From: Yuukianura sp. NJ FZ-2021
Taxonomy: Eukaryota
Length of the DNA stretch: 64,000 bases
Direction of reading: 5' to 3'
NCBI GenBank assembly: GCA_046563655.1
Contig: CM102286.1
Span: 8,928,001 to 8,992,000 of the forward strand
Shown: positions 50,635-62,937 of the stretch, in pieces
Layout of the letters: each line of letters starts with the position of its first letter
How positions within the stretch are numbered: position 1 is the stretch's first letter
Notes under the pieces: model-generated
Databases searched by the model: none
What the model saw: only the letters and a program-made list of their open reading frames with translations
What the model was told of the DNA's origin: nothing
Translations under genes and position numbers: made by a program

Positions 50635-52554
50635 TAGCCTCTCATGTCATCTGTGGGAAGCAACTGACGCGGAGACCAAAGGTCATTGGTGGAGAAGACG
50701 CTTTTCGAGGAGAGTTCCCTTGGATGGTTTCGGTCAAAGAGAAATTCGGCGGAAAGTTTCAACATATCTGCGGCGGGTTCATTGTCAACGACCGCTTCGT
50801 CATCTCTGCCGCTCACTGCTTCGAGTCCTACATATCTCGAAATGGGTAACAATAACTTTAACCTACACCTTAACCTTAACTTTTCGTATTTTATCTCTAA
50901 ATCCGCCCAGAGAACTTTGGATTTTGTGATGTGTCGGAAATGATTTCATTCGGGTACATAAATCTTGTCGAAGAATCGCACTTACATTTTAAGTCTCTTT
51001 TTGTTCCTTTCGTTCTCCAAAAACTGTTTTACTTTCTCTTGCTTTCGATTTATATCAACTGGATTTACGAAGGTAAAAACACAAGTTTTCCGGATGCCTC
51101 CCTCTTCTTACTTTTCCATTTTCTAAGGTTGTAGCCATAGGTCGTTAGTAGAGCAAGGGAAATTGGGAAAAGCCTTTATTGAACTGGTCTATGCGTTCCA
51201 AGTAATAACGGCAGGAAAATGGAATTGGAATACTTATGTTGACTGCGGGAAAAAAAAGGTTCCAATGAGTTCCATTTTCCAAAAACGTATAGTTGGAAAC
51301 ACTATTTTTCTAATACGAATTGTCTTCCCATGCTCTGGCTAAACCTGAATCCTTATAGGTGTGAGATTTCAGTTTCTCCAAAACTGGAAAACTTTTCTTC
51401 TCGAAAAAGAGGCAAACAGGACAACAATAACAGTCACAAAAGTTTCATTTCGGAGAAACAAATACGGAAAAGAAAAGAGATAAAGGAAATGAAACCCGTT
51501 TTTCTTCAAAAAGAAAGTTCCGATTTTTATTTGCTTTTTCTTTTGAAATCTCTGTTTTCGAACGAGTTTAGAAGAGCTGTCCACTTGGATCGTCTTGTAG
51601 CTACTATAGGAGAACATGACTTGGCCAATGTAGAAGTTCCGATGGATGCTCTGGACGTTGGCATTGAGAAATTGACCATTCATCCCCAGTTTAACATTTA
51701 TGGCTACGTCAACGACATTGCCATTCTGAAACTGGACAGAGATTTGGAGTGGTCACCCTATGTTTGGCCAGCGTGCCTCAGCAGCTCAGGCTTTGAGGCG
51801 GAAGAGGGACAAAATGGAACTGTGGCAGGATGGGGCTCTTCAGTGGATATTATTGGAGGTTTGGATTTATTACATTCAATTTTACAAGTCATTTAATTCA
51901 AAGTTAATTTTTGATAGGTTAGGTTTTATGTCAAAAGTCATTAGAGTAATGGTGACCTGTGACATTTGAAAATTGACACACATTAATCAATTTTATTACA
52001 GATCAGACAGGAAAGTACCCGAATTTGCTACAGAAAGCGACTATACCGATTCTGAGCAATGCGGAGTGTCGCAAATGGTTTCATAGAAGAGCGGTTAATT
52101 GGGCACCGAAAAGTTCACACCTCTGTGCAGGATATTTGGAAGGTGGAAAAGACGCTTGTAGGGTAAATTGATTTTTACTTTCTATACTTCTTTAATTTCT
52201 TATCATTTTTTAAAAAAAGAAGACTAAGGTTTAGTTTTTCTTCTTTTTCTCCTGAAATGGCTATTTTGAATTTCGAACGTAGCTTGAGCAAGCTTCCGTG
52301 TCATAAATTTGTACGTCATTGTGAAGGAGGTGCCGGATCAAAGCGTGCTAAAAGTTGTGACTAACGGTAGTAACGTTTCCTTTTTTGAACAGGGTGATTC
52401 TGGTTCCCCATTTCTGGTCCAGAACGGAGCTGACTCTGTGGTTATTGGGATCGTGGCTGCTGGAAAAGGTTGTGGAAGGAGTTCACTTCCTGGAGTGTAC
52501 ACAAGATTAAATCGCTATTTGAATTGGATTGAAACGGAAATTAATTCTAGCTAA
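50635..52554 (+). CDS. Trypsin-like S1A serine protease (signal-peptide exon not located)
   Basis: Phase-consistent exons 50635-50845 (CGKQLTRRPK|VIGGEDAFRGEFPWMV...HICGG...ISAAHC), 51572-51858 (VNDIAILKL...WPACL...VAGWG), 52002-52162 (LCAGYLEGGKDACR) and 52393-52554 (GDSGSP...PGVYTR). Catalytic triad complete, S1 Asp present. Confidence 0.93.
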
Positions 52555-54825
52555 AACGTATGGATTTCTGTCCAAAATGAAATTGAGCGACTTCCTTTTC
52601 CACACACTGGAACCACACTCTAATGCAGGGCTGAACCTATTTCTTCGAAATCCAAAAGTATAATACTCAAGGAACGGAAAATAAAGAGCGAGTCGTTTCC
52701 CTCATTTTGAAATTGAATATTGAATAAGTGTGTACAAAGCGTCGCAGCAGTTTTCATTTTTTTTTTTTGTAAAAACTTTTTTTTAGTGGATTTCGTTTGT
52801 GTTGCATTTGGAGGATGAAGTGCCGAAGAAAGAGATTGAAACAAGTTATGTGTTTTCTTGGTCTTTTGTTTTATATCGAAAGTTGACTATTTTCATAGGG
52901 AAGGGAGGAGGTCCTATGGTGATGTGGATGAAGTCCTCCTTTGCGACAGATCAGACAGATCTGCAAGAATAGGGAAAAGAAAGTGAGTTTGAGGAGATGA
53001 GATTGGAGACTTAACTTTTTGTTTCCCGGGTTTTCCTTGCGTCAATTCAACTAAACTGTGGCAAAGTAGCGCCCGGAAAGTGTGCGTCGTTCCATTTGGG
53101 ATCTCCTAAAGAACACGGAAAAGCGAAGAATAGGATAAGCGTCGTTCCGTCGTAAAATTTTACTGTGGAATTGAATATGGAAGAAAAGTGGAGACTACAA
53201 AATCCTCCGAGGCATCGGGATTCGTTAGGCCCATCTCAGTACTCGTCGTAGCTTTCGTCGAAATCAAATCCAAAAGCTTTCTAGTAAACCAAGAGGATTC
53301 GACTTCGCAAAACCTTTCATGCAAAATTTCTTTTTCCAAATTGCAAAAAGAGAAGAAAGTGAAGCCAAGTTTTTGAACAAAATGTTAGGTTTATAAGGTT
53401 CTTCTGACCCGGCTGATCAAGACATAACAGTAAATTTCTCTTGGAAATTGGGGTTTCGACTCCATAGCTATTCAGGACTCAAACTTCAAATTTATTGAAG
53501 AAACTTTAAGATTAACAATAACTTTTTGTTGTGCTCATGCTAATATAACCAAAGGTTAGAAATTTTGAGTTAACAAACTTTTTTCAAAATTGCATTACTA
53601 GTATAGTTATATCTAAAAAGGCATCGGCGAACAACACAAAATTTTCAAATTCGACGCTGCCCTTTCATTGTTTGCACTAACTCATACACAAACATTTTTA
53701 ATTTTATCTCGTAAAATGTCATGCTGTGTTAAATTCAATTGAACAAGTGTGAAAATTTTTCGAACAAGGCTGTAGTCTTACGCATAACAAAAACTCGTTA
53801 ACGTATAATGAAATTTCAATATGCAGAATATAATATACCTAACATAATATGCATAAGATGTGTGTATGCATGTATTTTTAAATTGGAATATATATTTTAA
53901 ACTAGGCACAAAACAAACCCGTTTACTCTTTTGGTAAAACAACACCAAACTTTAAGGTTAAGCAGATCCTTGAGAGCTCCGGGCCGTATAAACCCTACAA
54001 ATAAAATCACTGAAAATCTAATGAATTATTTCAACAAAATAATAATTTGAACAATAAATTATAAAATACAGTATAAAAACTGGTTATGTCATTTGTAAAA
54101 TTAACGATTTCGACTATCTGTTTGATTCAAGATAAAAACTACCATGCAAAAGCTTATAAATATCAATACAATATAATTAATTAAAAGATAGCTAATTGAA
54201 CGTCCGTGAAAGTCCTTATTAACACTACGTCAAGACTTGTTGGAAATAAGATTGATTTCAAAGTTCAAACTAAACAATTTCTCAAGAAACAAGATTCAAA
54301 ATCCAATTCACTTCCTTTGACTTTTGCCTTATTCCGAGAACCAGAGGAGCTGGACAGAAGCTCATTAATTTTCATCAAGACAAATGAAAGGGCTCCCGTT
54401 TGAGACTTGGTTCAAATTCCGAATTTCTCGGGGCTAATCGAGATGCCACTCTGCTTCCAATCCATTTGTTCATTCCACTTCCAACCTAAGTTAAGTTAAG
54501 TTGCCCCTAAGGAGTTGACCCAATGTCAAGCTAGGGGTTTCTTAGCACATCCCCAGACACAAATTCAACGCTAGGGAATATTGAATGCAAAGGGAAGACT
54601 TCCCGTTGTGATCAATTTTCTTAAAACTTGACACTGACAACAAGCAAATTCCACAAAATTCATTATAGTCATAAGAACGAGTAGATGGAAAATTTAAAAA
54701 ATTGAAACAGATAAGACAAGAACATAAAAGTGTTCAACCTCAACCAAAAATTAAACACTAACTCATGTTAAGATACAATGGTAACAATTGTGTGGTAACA
54801 TTTTGGCACAATGTTTAAAAATACA

Positions 54826-55153
54826 AGTAGTTATCATCGCATGACTACTAGTAAAAACAAACTTGACCTGTAGGTCAAAATATGTAAACATGACCTACTT
54901 TTCGAAAGTCAACTTTTCAGGGTGCATGAGAAAATGATCTCATTCTTTCTCTCAGTGGAAAAGAGTATACGAGGAAGAGTTCACTTCCACCCACTCTTCA
55001 CTTGTGAGGAAACTTTTGAGGGGAGGGTAGGGTGTAATTTTTTAACACATAAGAGCAACAAAAAACGAAACTGAGTTCAGTTATTCATAAACCATGAACC
55101 ATTACACTTGTTGGGAGGAGAAAAATGTCTGGTTTCAGTTCTAGTAAATTTTA
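54826..55153 (+). repeat. Left terminal inverted repeat (~328 bp)
   Basis: Reverse complement of 63429-63763 apart from a few substitutions and small indels. Confidence 0.95.
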
Positions 55154-56007
55154 CTCTTGTGACACATGCCAATTGCAAAATTTAGGTGCACAACGATTCT
55201 TACCTCACGTCCAAACAACCCATCTGGACATTGAAATACCTGGTAAGCTTAAAACAATTGATACAGTAATACGCATTGTTTTTAAAATTCTTGTTACAAT
55301 AGGTGAATTGTTAGAAGACATTCAAACTGAGCATTATGATACCTCGGGAGCATTCGCTGGAAGACAGTGCGGATGCGAAACATGTAACTTGAGGGGGCTT
55401 TCTGAACGAGATTTTATAAGTCACATTCAACAACTGCATCCAAGTATTCAATTACCAGGTAATCTCAAATTAATAATTCGAAAGCAGAGCATGTTTTGAT
55501 TGTTGTTGGTTGTTTTTAGGTCTCATTGCTGGTACAAGTAGTTCACGGTCGGCATTTGTACCCCTTCAGTACCAGCCGACGGAAGGTTAGAATGTCATGA
55601 TGATGATTTTTTTTGTAAAAATAATCTTCTCTTCCAATTTAGAACGAGATGCTGTTGCGTTGGAATTACAAGGAATTGGAATTGAGGAATTACAAGAGAC
55701 GATTTTGTGCTCAGTGTGGAATAAATTTTGAGTATCCTGGGCAGTTGGATGAGCACCAGTACAATACTCACCCAGAACTGTATCCTTCTGTTCAAAACCA
55801 ACAGAGTGGAAGTGCTCCAGAGTATGAAGTACATTTCGATGAATTGACTGCTTTTGGCGGTACCACTCGCGAGTATACCGCAACGTTTGATGAAGATGTG
55901 TTTGTGGATGTGGCTGGTCGCTGGTGTCTTTGCTCACTGTTCAGCAACTTTGCGGGAATTGATGAGAAGGATTCATGGGGAAATCGCGTCGTACTTGGTC
56001 AGCAGTG
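55125..56007 (+). pseudogene. Spliced gene with three C2H2 zinc fingers, 3'-truncated by the tandem array
   Basis: Exons 55125-55242, 55303-55458, 55520-55585 and 55643 onward, separated by ~60-nt GT-AG introns. Three CX2CX12HX4H motifs (CDTC..H..H, CETC..H..H, CAQC..H..H). With the best donor, exon 4 is out of frame before finger 3. A 7-nt insertion is likely at 55913-55919. Confidence 0.7.
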
Positions 56008-59000
56008 TTTGTTTTGTGACGTCAAAATTGGTGGGTTTGGAGTCAAAGTAAATCAATATGTTCCAAAGAGAACTCCGATGTTTCTGTATGGTGGAACGCA
56101 AATTACGCCCAAGGAATGTAAACACTTAAATACAACAGGTAACATAAAACTTCTAAGTTTTGATGTATGAAATAAAACGAACAGAAATGTGGAATCACAA
56201 CGACTGGTCTAATTGCCTTTTCATTCAATCGAACTTTCACATTTGCGATTCTGCTACCGTCGTTGAAAAAAGTTTACTCCACAACTAATTTTGTATACAT
56301 TGAGTGGTTACTTCACCCAACGTGTTACGACTAATAGGCCGTATTTTTTAGTGAGGACACAATTTTGTGCTTAATAGAAGCATTAGTACCGTTGGCCCCT
56401 AACAAGTAAAGAAAATCTTAAAAATGCAATTTGGTGGGATTGCACTTTTGTCAAAACATATTTCTGTTTCGTGTTGTTATGATGTAATAAACTTTAGCAA
56501 GTAGGAATATGAGCGGGGAAATTTTACTTACATACACTTATAACCACTTATAACTTTGTTTCTCCGGAGTCACATTCTTGCTTACTAAGTTACATGATCA
56601 AAACACAAAACATCATTTTATTTTTGAGAAAAGTGATATTTGTATTACTTCAAAACGACCCCAGCAACTCAATTTAACAGTTCATGTTTTTTTTATTTAT
56701 TTCAGTATGACCCAAAAATAGGTTGTAACGTACTTCGAGGGCATAAGTATGATTCCGAAACAAAAGACCTCATTTCACAATTATCTGCTTCGGGATATCG
56801 CCCCATACCTGGAATAAAGCGAAGAAATGGAGTAATGGTAGAGATGGCGGACGACTTTTCCAGGCTGTGCTATTTGTTTTGTGACGTCAAAATTGGTGGG
56901 TTTGGAGTCAAAGTAAATCAATATGTTCCAAAGAGAACTCCGATGTTTCTGTATGGTGGAACGCAAATTACGCCCAAGGAATGTAAACACTTAAATACAA
57001 CAGGTAACATAAAACTTCTAAGTTTTGATGTATGAAATAAAACGAACAGAAATGTGGAATCACAACGACTGATCTAACTGCGTTTTCATTCTATCGAACT
57101 TTCTCATTAGCGATTCTGCTACCGTCGTTGAAAAAAGTTTACTCCACAACTAATTTTGTATACATTGAGTGGTTACTTCACCCAACGTGTTACGACTAAT
57201 AGGCCGTATTTTTTAGTGAGGACACAATTCTGTGCTTAATAGAAGCATTAGTGCCGTTGACCCCTAACAAGTAAAGAAAATCTTAAAAATGCAATTTGGT
57301 GGGATTGCACTTTTGTCAAAACATATTTCTGTTTCGTGTTGTTATGATGTAATAAACTTTAGCAAGTAGGAATATGAGCGGGGAAATTTTACTTACATAC
57401 ACTTATAACCACTTATAACTTTGTTTCTCCGGAGTCACATTCTTGCTTACTAAGTTACATGATCAAAACACAAAACATCATTTTATTTTTGAGAAAAGTG
57501 ATATTTGTATTACTTCAAAACGACCCCAGCAACTCAATTTAACAGTTCATGTTTTTTTTATTTATTTCAGTATGACCCAAAAATAGGTTGTAACGTACTT
57601 CGAGGGCATAAGTATGATTCCGAAACAAAAGGCCTCATTTCACAATTATCTGCTTCGGGATATCGCCCCATACCTGGAATAAAGCGAAGAAATGGAGTAA
57701 TGGTAGAGATGGCGGACGACTTTTCCAGGCTGTGCTATTTGTTTTGTGACGTCAAAATTGGTGGGTTTGGAGTCAAAGTAAATCAATATGTTCCAAAGAG
57801 AACTCCGATGTTTCTGTATGGTGGAACGCAAATTACGCCCAAGGAATGTAAACACTTAAATACAACAGGTAACATAAAACTTCTAAGTTTTGATGTATGA
57901 AATAAAACGAACAGAAATGTGGAATCACAACGACTGATCTAACTGCGTTTTCATTCTATCGAACTTTCTCATTAGCGATTCTGCTACCGTCGTTGAAAAA
58001 AGTTTACTCCACAACTAATTTTGTATACATTGAGTGGTTACTTCACCCAACGTGTTACGACTAATAGGCCGTATTTTTAGTGAGGACACAATTCTGTGCT
58101 TAATAGAAGCATTAGTGCCGTTGACCCCTAACAAGTAAAGAAAATCTTAAAAATGCAATTTGGTGGGATTGCACTTTTGTCAAAACATATTTCTGTTTCG
58201 TGTTGTTATGATGTAATAAACTTTAGCAAGTAGGAATATGAGCGGGGAAATTTTACTTACATACACTTATAACCACTTATAACTTTGTTTCTCCGGAGTC
58301 ACATTCTTGCTTACTAAGTTACATGATCAAAACACAAAACATCATTTTATTTTTGAGAAAAGTGATATTTGTATTACTTCAAAACGACCCCAGCAACTCA
58401 ATTTAACAGTTCATGTTTTTTTTATTTATTTCAGTATGACCCAAAAATAGGTTGTAACGTACTTCGAGGGCATAAGTATGATTCCGAAACAAAAGGCCTC
58501 ATTTCACAATTATCTGCTTCGGGATATCGCCCCATACCTGGAATAAAGCGAAGAAATGGAGTAATGGTAGAGATGGCGGACGACTTTTCCAGGCTGTGCT
58601 ATTTGTTTTGTGACGTCAAAATTGGTGGGTTTGGAGTCAAAGTAAATCAATATGTTCCAAAGAGAACTCCGATGTTTCTGTATGGTGGAACGCAAATTAC
58701 GCCCAAGGAATGTAAACACTTAAATACAACAGGTAACATAAAACTTCTAAGTTTTGATGTATGAAATAAAACGAACAGAAATGTGGAATCACAACGACTG
58801 ATCTAACTGCGTTTTCATTCTATCGAACTTTCTCATTAGCGATTCTGCTACCGTCGTTGAAAAAAGTTTACTCCACAACTAATTTTGTATACATTGAGTG
58901 GTTACTTCACCCAACGTGTTACGACTAATAGGCCGTATTTTTAGTGAGGACACAATTCTGTGCTTAATAGAAGCATTAGTGCCGTTGACCCCTAACAAGT

Positions 59001-62000
59001 AAAGAAAATCTTAAAAATGCAATTTGGTGGGATTGCACTTTTGTCAAAACATATTTCTGTTTCGTGTTGTTATGATGTAATAAACTTTAGCAAGTAGGAA
59101 TATGAGCGGGGAAATTTTACTTACATACACTTATAACCACTTATAACTTTGTTTCTCCGGAGTCACATTCTTGCTTACTAAGTTACATGATCAAAACACA
59201 AAACATCATTTTATTTTTGAGAAAAGTGATATTTGTATTACTTCAAAACGACCCCAGCAACTCAATTTAACAGTTCATGTTTTTTTTATTTATTTCAGTA
59301 TGACCCAAAAATAGGTTGTAACGTACTTCGAGGGCATAAGTATGATTCCGAAACAAAAGACCTCATTTCACAATTATCTGCTTCGGGATATCGCCCCATA
59401 CCTGGAATAAAGCGAAGAAATGGAGTAATGGTAGAGATGGCGGACGACTTTTCCAGGCTGTGCTATTTGTTTTGTGACGTCTAAATTGGTGGGTTTGGAG
59501 TCAAAGTAAATCAATATGTTCCAAAGAGAACTCCGATGTTTCTGTATGGTGGAACGCAAATTACGCCCAAGGAATGTAAACACTTAAATACAACAGGTAA
59601 CATAAAACTTCTAAGTTTTGATGTATGAAATAAAACGAACAGAAATGTGGAATCACAACGACTGATCTAACTGCGTTTTCATTCTATCGAACTTTCTCAT
59701 TAGCGATTCTGCTACCGTCGTTGAAAAAGTTTACTCCACAACTAATTTTGTATACATTGAGTGGTTACTTCACCCAACGTGTTACGACTAATAGGCCGTA
59801 TTTTTAGTGAGGACACAATTCTGTGCTTAATAGAAGCATTAGTGCCGTTGACCCCTAACAAGTAAAGAAAATCTTAAAAATGCAATTTGGTGGGATTGCA
59901 CTTTTGTCAAAACATATTTCTGTTTCGTGTTGTTATGATGTAATAAACTTTAGCAAGTAGGAATATGAGCGGGGAAATTTTACTTACATACACTTATAAC
60001 CACTTATAACTTTGTTTCTCCGGAGTCACATTCTTGCTTACTAAGTTACATGATCAAAACACAAAACATCATTTTATTTTTGAGAAAAGTGATATTTGTA
60101 TTACTTCAAAACGACCCCAGCAACTCAATTTAACAGTTCATGTTTTTTTTATTTATTTCAGTATGACCCAAAAATAGGTTGTAACGTACTTCGAGGGCAT
60201 AAGTATGATTCCGAAACAAAAGGCCTCATTTCACAATTATCTGCTTCGGGATATCGCCCCATACCTGGAATAAAGCGAAGAAATGGAGTAATGGTAGAGA
60301 TGGCGGACGACTTTTCCAGGCTGTGCTATTTGTTTTGTGACGTCAAAATTGGTGGGTTTGGAGTCAAAGTAAATCAATATGTTCCAAAGAGAACTCCGAT
60401 GTTTCTGTATGGTGGAACGCAAATTACGCCCAAGGAATGTAAACACTTAAATACAACAGGTAACATAAAACTTCTAAGTTTTGATGTATGAAATAAAACG
60501 AACAGAAATGTGGAATCACAACGACTGATCTAACTGCGTTTTCATTCTATCGAACTTTCTCATTAGCGATTCTGCTACCGTCGTTGAAAAAAGTTTACTC
60601 CACAACTAATTTTGTATACATTGAGTGGTTACTTCACCCAACGTGTTACGACTAATAGGCCGTATTTTTAGTGAGGACACAATTCTGTGCTTAATAGAAG
60701 CATTAGTGCCGTTGACCCCTAACAAGTAAAGAAAATCTTAAAAATGCAATTTGGTGGGATTGCACTTTTGTCAAAACATATTTCTGTTTCGTGTTGTTAT
60801 GATGTAATAAACTTTAGCAAGTAGGAATATGAGCGGGGAAATTTTACTTACATACACTTATAACCACTTATAACTTTGTTTCTCCGGAGTCACATTCTTG
60901 CTTACTAAGTTACATGATCAAAACACAAAACATCATTTTATTTTTGAGAAAAGTGATATTTGTATTACTTCAAAACGACCCCAGCAACTCAATTTAACAG
61001 TTCATGTTTTTTTTATTTATTTCAGTATGACCCAAAAATAGGTTGTAACGTACTTCGAGGGCATAAGTATGACTCCGAAACAAAAGACCTCATTTCACAA
61101 TTATCTGCTTCGGGATATCGCCCCATACCTGGAATAAAGCGAAGAAATGGAGTAATGGTAGAGATGGCGGACGACTTTTCCAGGCTGTGCTATTTGTTTT
61201 GTGACGTCAAAATTGGTGGGTTTGGAGTCAAAGTAAATCAATATGTTCCAAAGAGAACTCCGATGTTTCTGTATGGTGGAACGCAAATTACGCCCAAGGA
61301 ATGTAAACACTTAAATACAACAGGTAACATAAAACTTCTAAGTTTTGATGTATGAAATAAAACGAACAGAAATGTGGAATCACAACGACTGGTCTAATTG
61401 CCTTTTCATTCAATCGAACTTTCACATTTGCGATTCTGCTACCGTCGTTGAAAAAGTTTACTCCACAACTAATTTTGTATACATTGAGTGGTTACTTCAC
61501 CCAACGTGTTACGACTAATAGGCCGTATTTTTTAGTGAGGACACAATTTTGTGCTTAATAGAAGCATTAGTACCGTTGGCCCCTAACAAGTAAAGAAAAT
61601 CTTAAAAATGCAATTTGGTGGGATTGCACTTTTGTCAAAACATATTTCTGTTTCGTGTTGTTATGATGTAATAAACTTTAGCAAGTAGGAATATGAGCGG
61701 GGAAATTTTACTTACATACACTTATAACCACTTATAACTTTGTTTCTCCGGAGTCACATTCTTGCTTACTAAGTTACATGATCAAAACACAAAACATCAT
61801 TTTATTTTTGAGAAAAGTGATATTTGTATTACTTCAAAACGACCCCAGCAACTCAATTTAACAGTTCATGTTTTTTTTATTTATTTCAGTATGACCCAAA
61901 AATAGGTTGTAACGTACTTCGAGGGCATAAGTATGATTCCGAAACAAAAGACCTCATTTCACAATTATCTGCTTCGGGATATCGCCCCATACCTGGAATA

Positions 62001-62534
62001 AAGCGAAGAAATGGAGTAATGGTAGAGATGGCGGACGACTTTTCCAGGCTGTGCTATTTGTTTTGTGACGTCAAAATTGGTGGGTTTGGAGTCAAAGTAA
62101 ATCAATATGTTCCAAAGAGAACTCCGATGTTTCTGTATGGTGGAACGCAAATTACGCCCAAGGAAAGTAAACACTTAAATACAACAGGTAACATAAAACT
62201 TCTAAGTTTTGATGTATGAAATAAAACGAACAGAAATGTGGAATCACAACGACTGGTCTAACTGCGTTTTCATTCTATCGAACTTTCTCATTAGCGATTC
62301 TGCTACCGTCGTTGAAAAAAGTTTACTCCACAACTAATTTTGTATACATTGAGTGGTTACTTCACCCAACGTGTTACGACTAATAGGCCGTATTTTTTAG
62401 TGAGGACACAATTCTGTGCTTAATAGAAGCATTAGTGCCGTTGGCCCCTAACAAGTAAAGAAAATCTTAAAAATGCAATTTGGTGGGATTGCACTTTTGT
62501 CAAAACATATTTCTGTTTCGTGTTGTTATGATGT
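56008..62534 (+). repeat. Tandem array of ~864-bp units, ~7.5 copies
   Basis: Near-identical ORFs recur at 56640, 57505, 58369, 59233, 60096, 60960 and 61824 (spacing 863-865). The array starts mid-unit at 56008 and ends at 62534. Confidence 0.98.
56706..57035 (+). CDS. Putative terminal exon (109 aa, unknown function), repeated in every array unit
   Basis: Pyrimidine-rich acceptor TTTTTTTATTTATTTCAG, then YDPKIGCNVLRGHK...LLSFDV, TGA and an immediately adjacent AATAAA. Other copies at 57571-57900, 58435-58764, 59299 (premature stop at 59484), 60162-60491, 61026-61355, 61890-62219. Confidence 0.5.
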   Translation, partial: YDPKIGCNVLRGHKYDSETKDLISQLSASGYRPIPGIKRRNGVMVEMADDFSRLCYLFCDVKIGGFGVKVNQYVPKRTPMFLYGGTQITPKECKHLNTTGNIKLLSFDV

Positions 62535-62937
62535 TGGGGGTTAGGGATGTTTGGGGAGTTGGGAGATTTGGGGAAGGAGTAGAAGACGTGGAGTTTTATG
62601 ATTGGCTATGTTCTGTGCATGGTTCAACTTCCGACGACCTCAACGACATGTCGACCTAACTTTGAGGTCAGCTCTATTCCGTACGTTTTGCGTCGGCTGT
62701 CTACATTCTACTTGAGGACAACTGGAGGAGCTGCGGAACAGTTGGCTACACTCAAGACGACTCTGGAGACTTGCCGCAGCGACATTGAAACCTTCAACCA
62801 GGAGCTGGAACATGTCCCACATGACTAACTTTCCCTTTCTTTTCACTTGGTAAAATAAAATTTGTTAGCAATTGCTTTAAAACAAACGAGAGAATTTGGA
62901 TTTTGTGAGATCTTATTTGTTTTTTTTTTGTTTAAAT

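Noticed and set aside
56640..56705. N-terminal 22 aa (MYYFKTT...FYLFQ) of the repeated 131-aa ORFs
   Set aside because: It starts at TTG and runs through a T-rich tract ending in CAG, so it is better read as intron sequence.
56860..56950. YLFCDV...QYV resembling a Polinton minor-capsid (penton) motif
   Set aside because: Only a few residues match and the spacing differs, so it cannot be supported without a profile search.
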